This document shows positions 63,587-64,000 of a stretch of DNA of 64,000 nucleotides, one piece after another. Source of the stretch: Cyanobacteriota bacterium (GTDB lineage: Bacteria > Cyanobacteriota > Cyanobacteriia > Cyanobacteriales > Nostocaceae); NCBI GenBank assembly GCA_046045965.1, contig JBJOKS010000013.1:32001-96000 (forward strand), in the 5' to 3' direction. Numbering within the stretch: position 1 is the stretch's first letter; each line of letters opens with the position of its first letter. The position numbers were made by a program, and so were the translations under genes. Below the pieces are notes generated by a model. The model did not search any database. It had not been told where the DNA came from and worked only from the letters and a program-made list of their open reading frames with translations.

Positions 63587-64000
63587 ATGTCTAACGAAGA
63601 ATCGAACCAGAATAATATTATTATTAGCGATCAAAGTGCTACAAAAGATAGTCTTGGTTTTGAACCTTATGTAATAGCTATGGCTGATTTCTTAACTAAT
63701 CCTGACACACAACCGCCGCTAACTATTTCTATTGAAGGTGAATGGGGTAGCGGTAAATCTTTTTTTATGGAGAAACTTGAAACCCACATAAAAGTGAAGT
63801 CTGAAGAGTTGAAAAAAGAAAAGTTAAATAAAGTTAAACGTGCTTCATGGCAATTTTGGAAATTAAAGTGCAGCCAAAAAACTCAAACAGTTTGGTTTAA
63901 TGCTTGGAGACATGAAAAAGCTGAATCACTTTGGGCTACTTTTGCAATCTCTTTTTTAGAAGAAATATCTAGAAATCGTGATTGTCGAGATTTTATACAT
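63587..64000 (+). CDS. KAP-family P-loop NTPase, runs off the window end
   Basis: Manual translation MSNEESNQNNIIISDQSATKDSLGFEPY...GEWGSGKS...WFNAWRHEKAESLWATFAISF; AGGAG SD overlaps the dnaA stop. Confidence 0.85.
   Translation, partial: MSNEESNQNNIIISDQSATKDSLGFEPYVIAMADFLTNPDTQPPLTISIEGEWGSGKSFFMEKLETHIKVKSEELKKEKLNKVKRASWQFWKLKCSQKTQTVWFNAWRHEKAESLWATFAISFLEEISRNRDCRDFIH

Overview
This is a chromosomal window from a heterocyst-forming cyanobacterium (Nostocales-like). The assignment rests on HIP1 GCGATCGC sites, heptamer STRR arrays, rbcL-rbcX-rbcS, rnpB with an STRR-expanded P12 helix and a CIRCE-controlled groEL2. The housekeeping backbone includes pyk, crtR, plsY, sppA, aroH, rbcLXS, panB, serA, prmA, trx, fabG, groEL2, corA, rnpB, rnc, der, tRNA-Val(GAC), dhaKL, def, htrA and dnaA. 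Two large accessory operons interrupt it. (1) At 19020-23283 (-), a tightly coupled trio encodes a dynamin-like GTPase, a second unrelated TRAFAC-type GTPase and a single-pass membrane protein with a Pro/Thr/Ser-rich tail; this is my best candidate for an undescribed GTPase-driven membrane/defence system. (2) At 29497-40017 (+), a five-gene SNF2 helicase / RecQ-like helicase / unknown / ATPase / coiled-coil operon matches dpdE-F-G-H-I but lacks dpdJ/K/D and the 7-deazaguanine modification genes in this window. Smaller signals: an Rpn-family gene with a likely internal antitoxin start and an orphan Rpn C-terminal ORF; two KAP-NTPase paralogues flanking def-htrA-dnaA (one internally deleted, one placed 11 bp after dnaA); truncated wecB and vapC remnants; a tnpB right-end relic; an orphan MerR-type metal operator; and 23-27 nt mini-elements inserted at CTGA^A or into a HIP1 site inside a CDS. 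All family calls come from motif recognition by eye; no database search was run.
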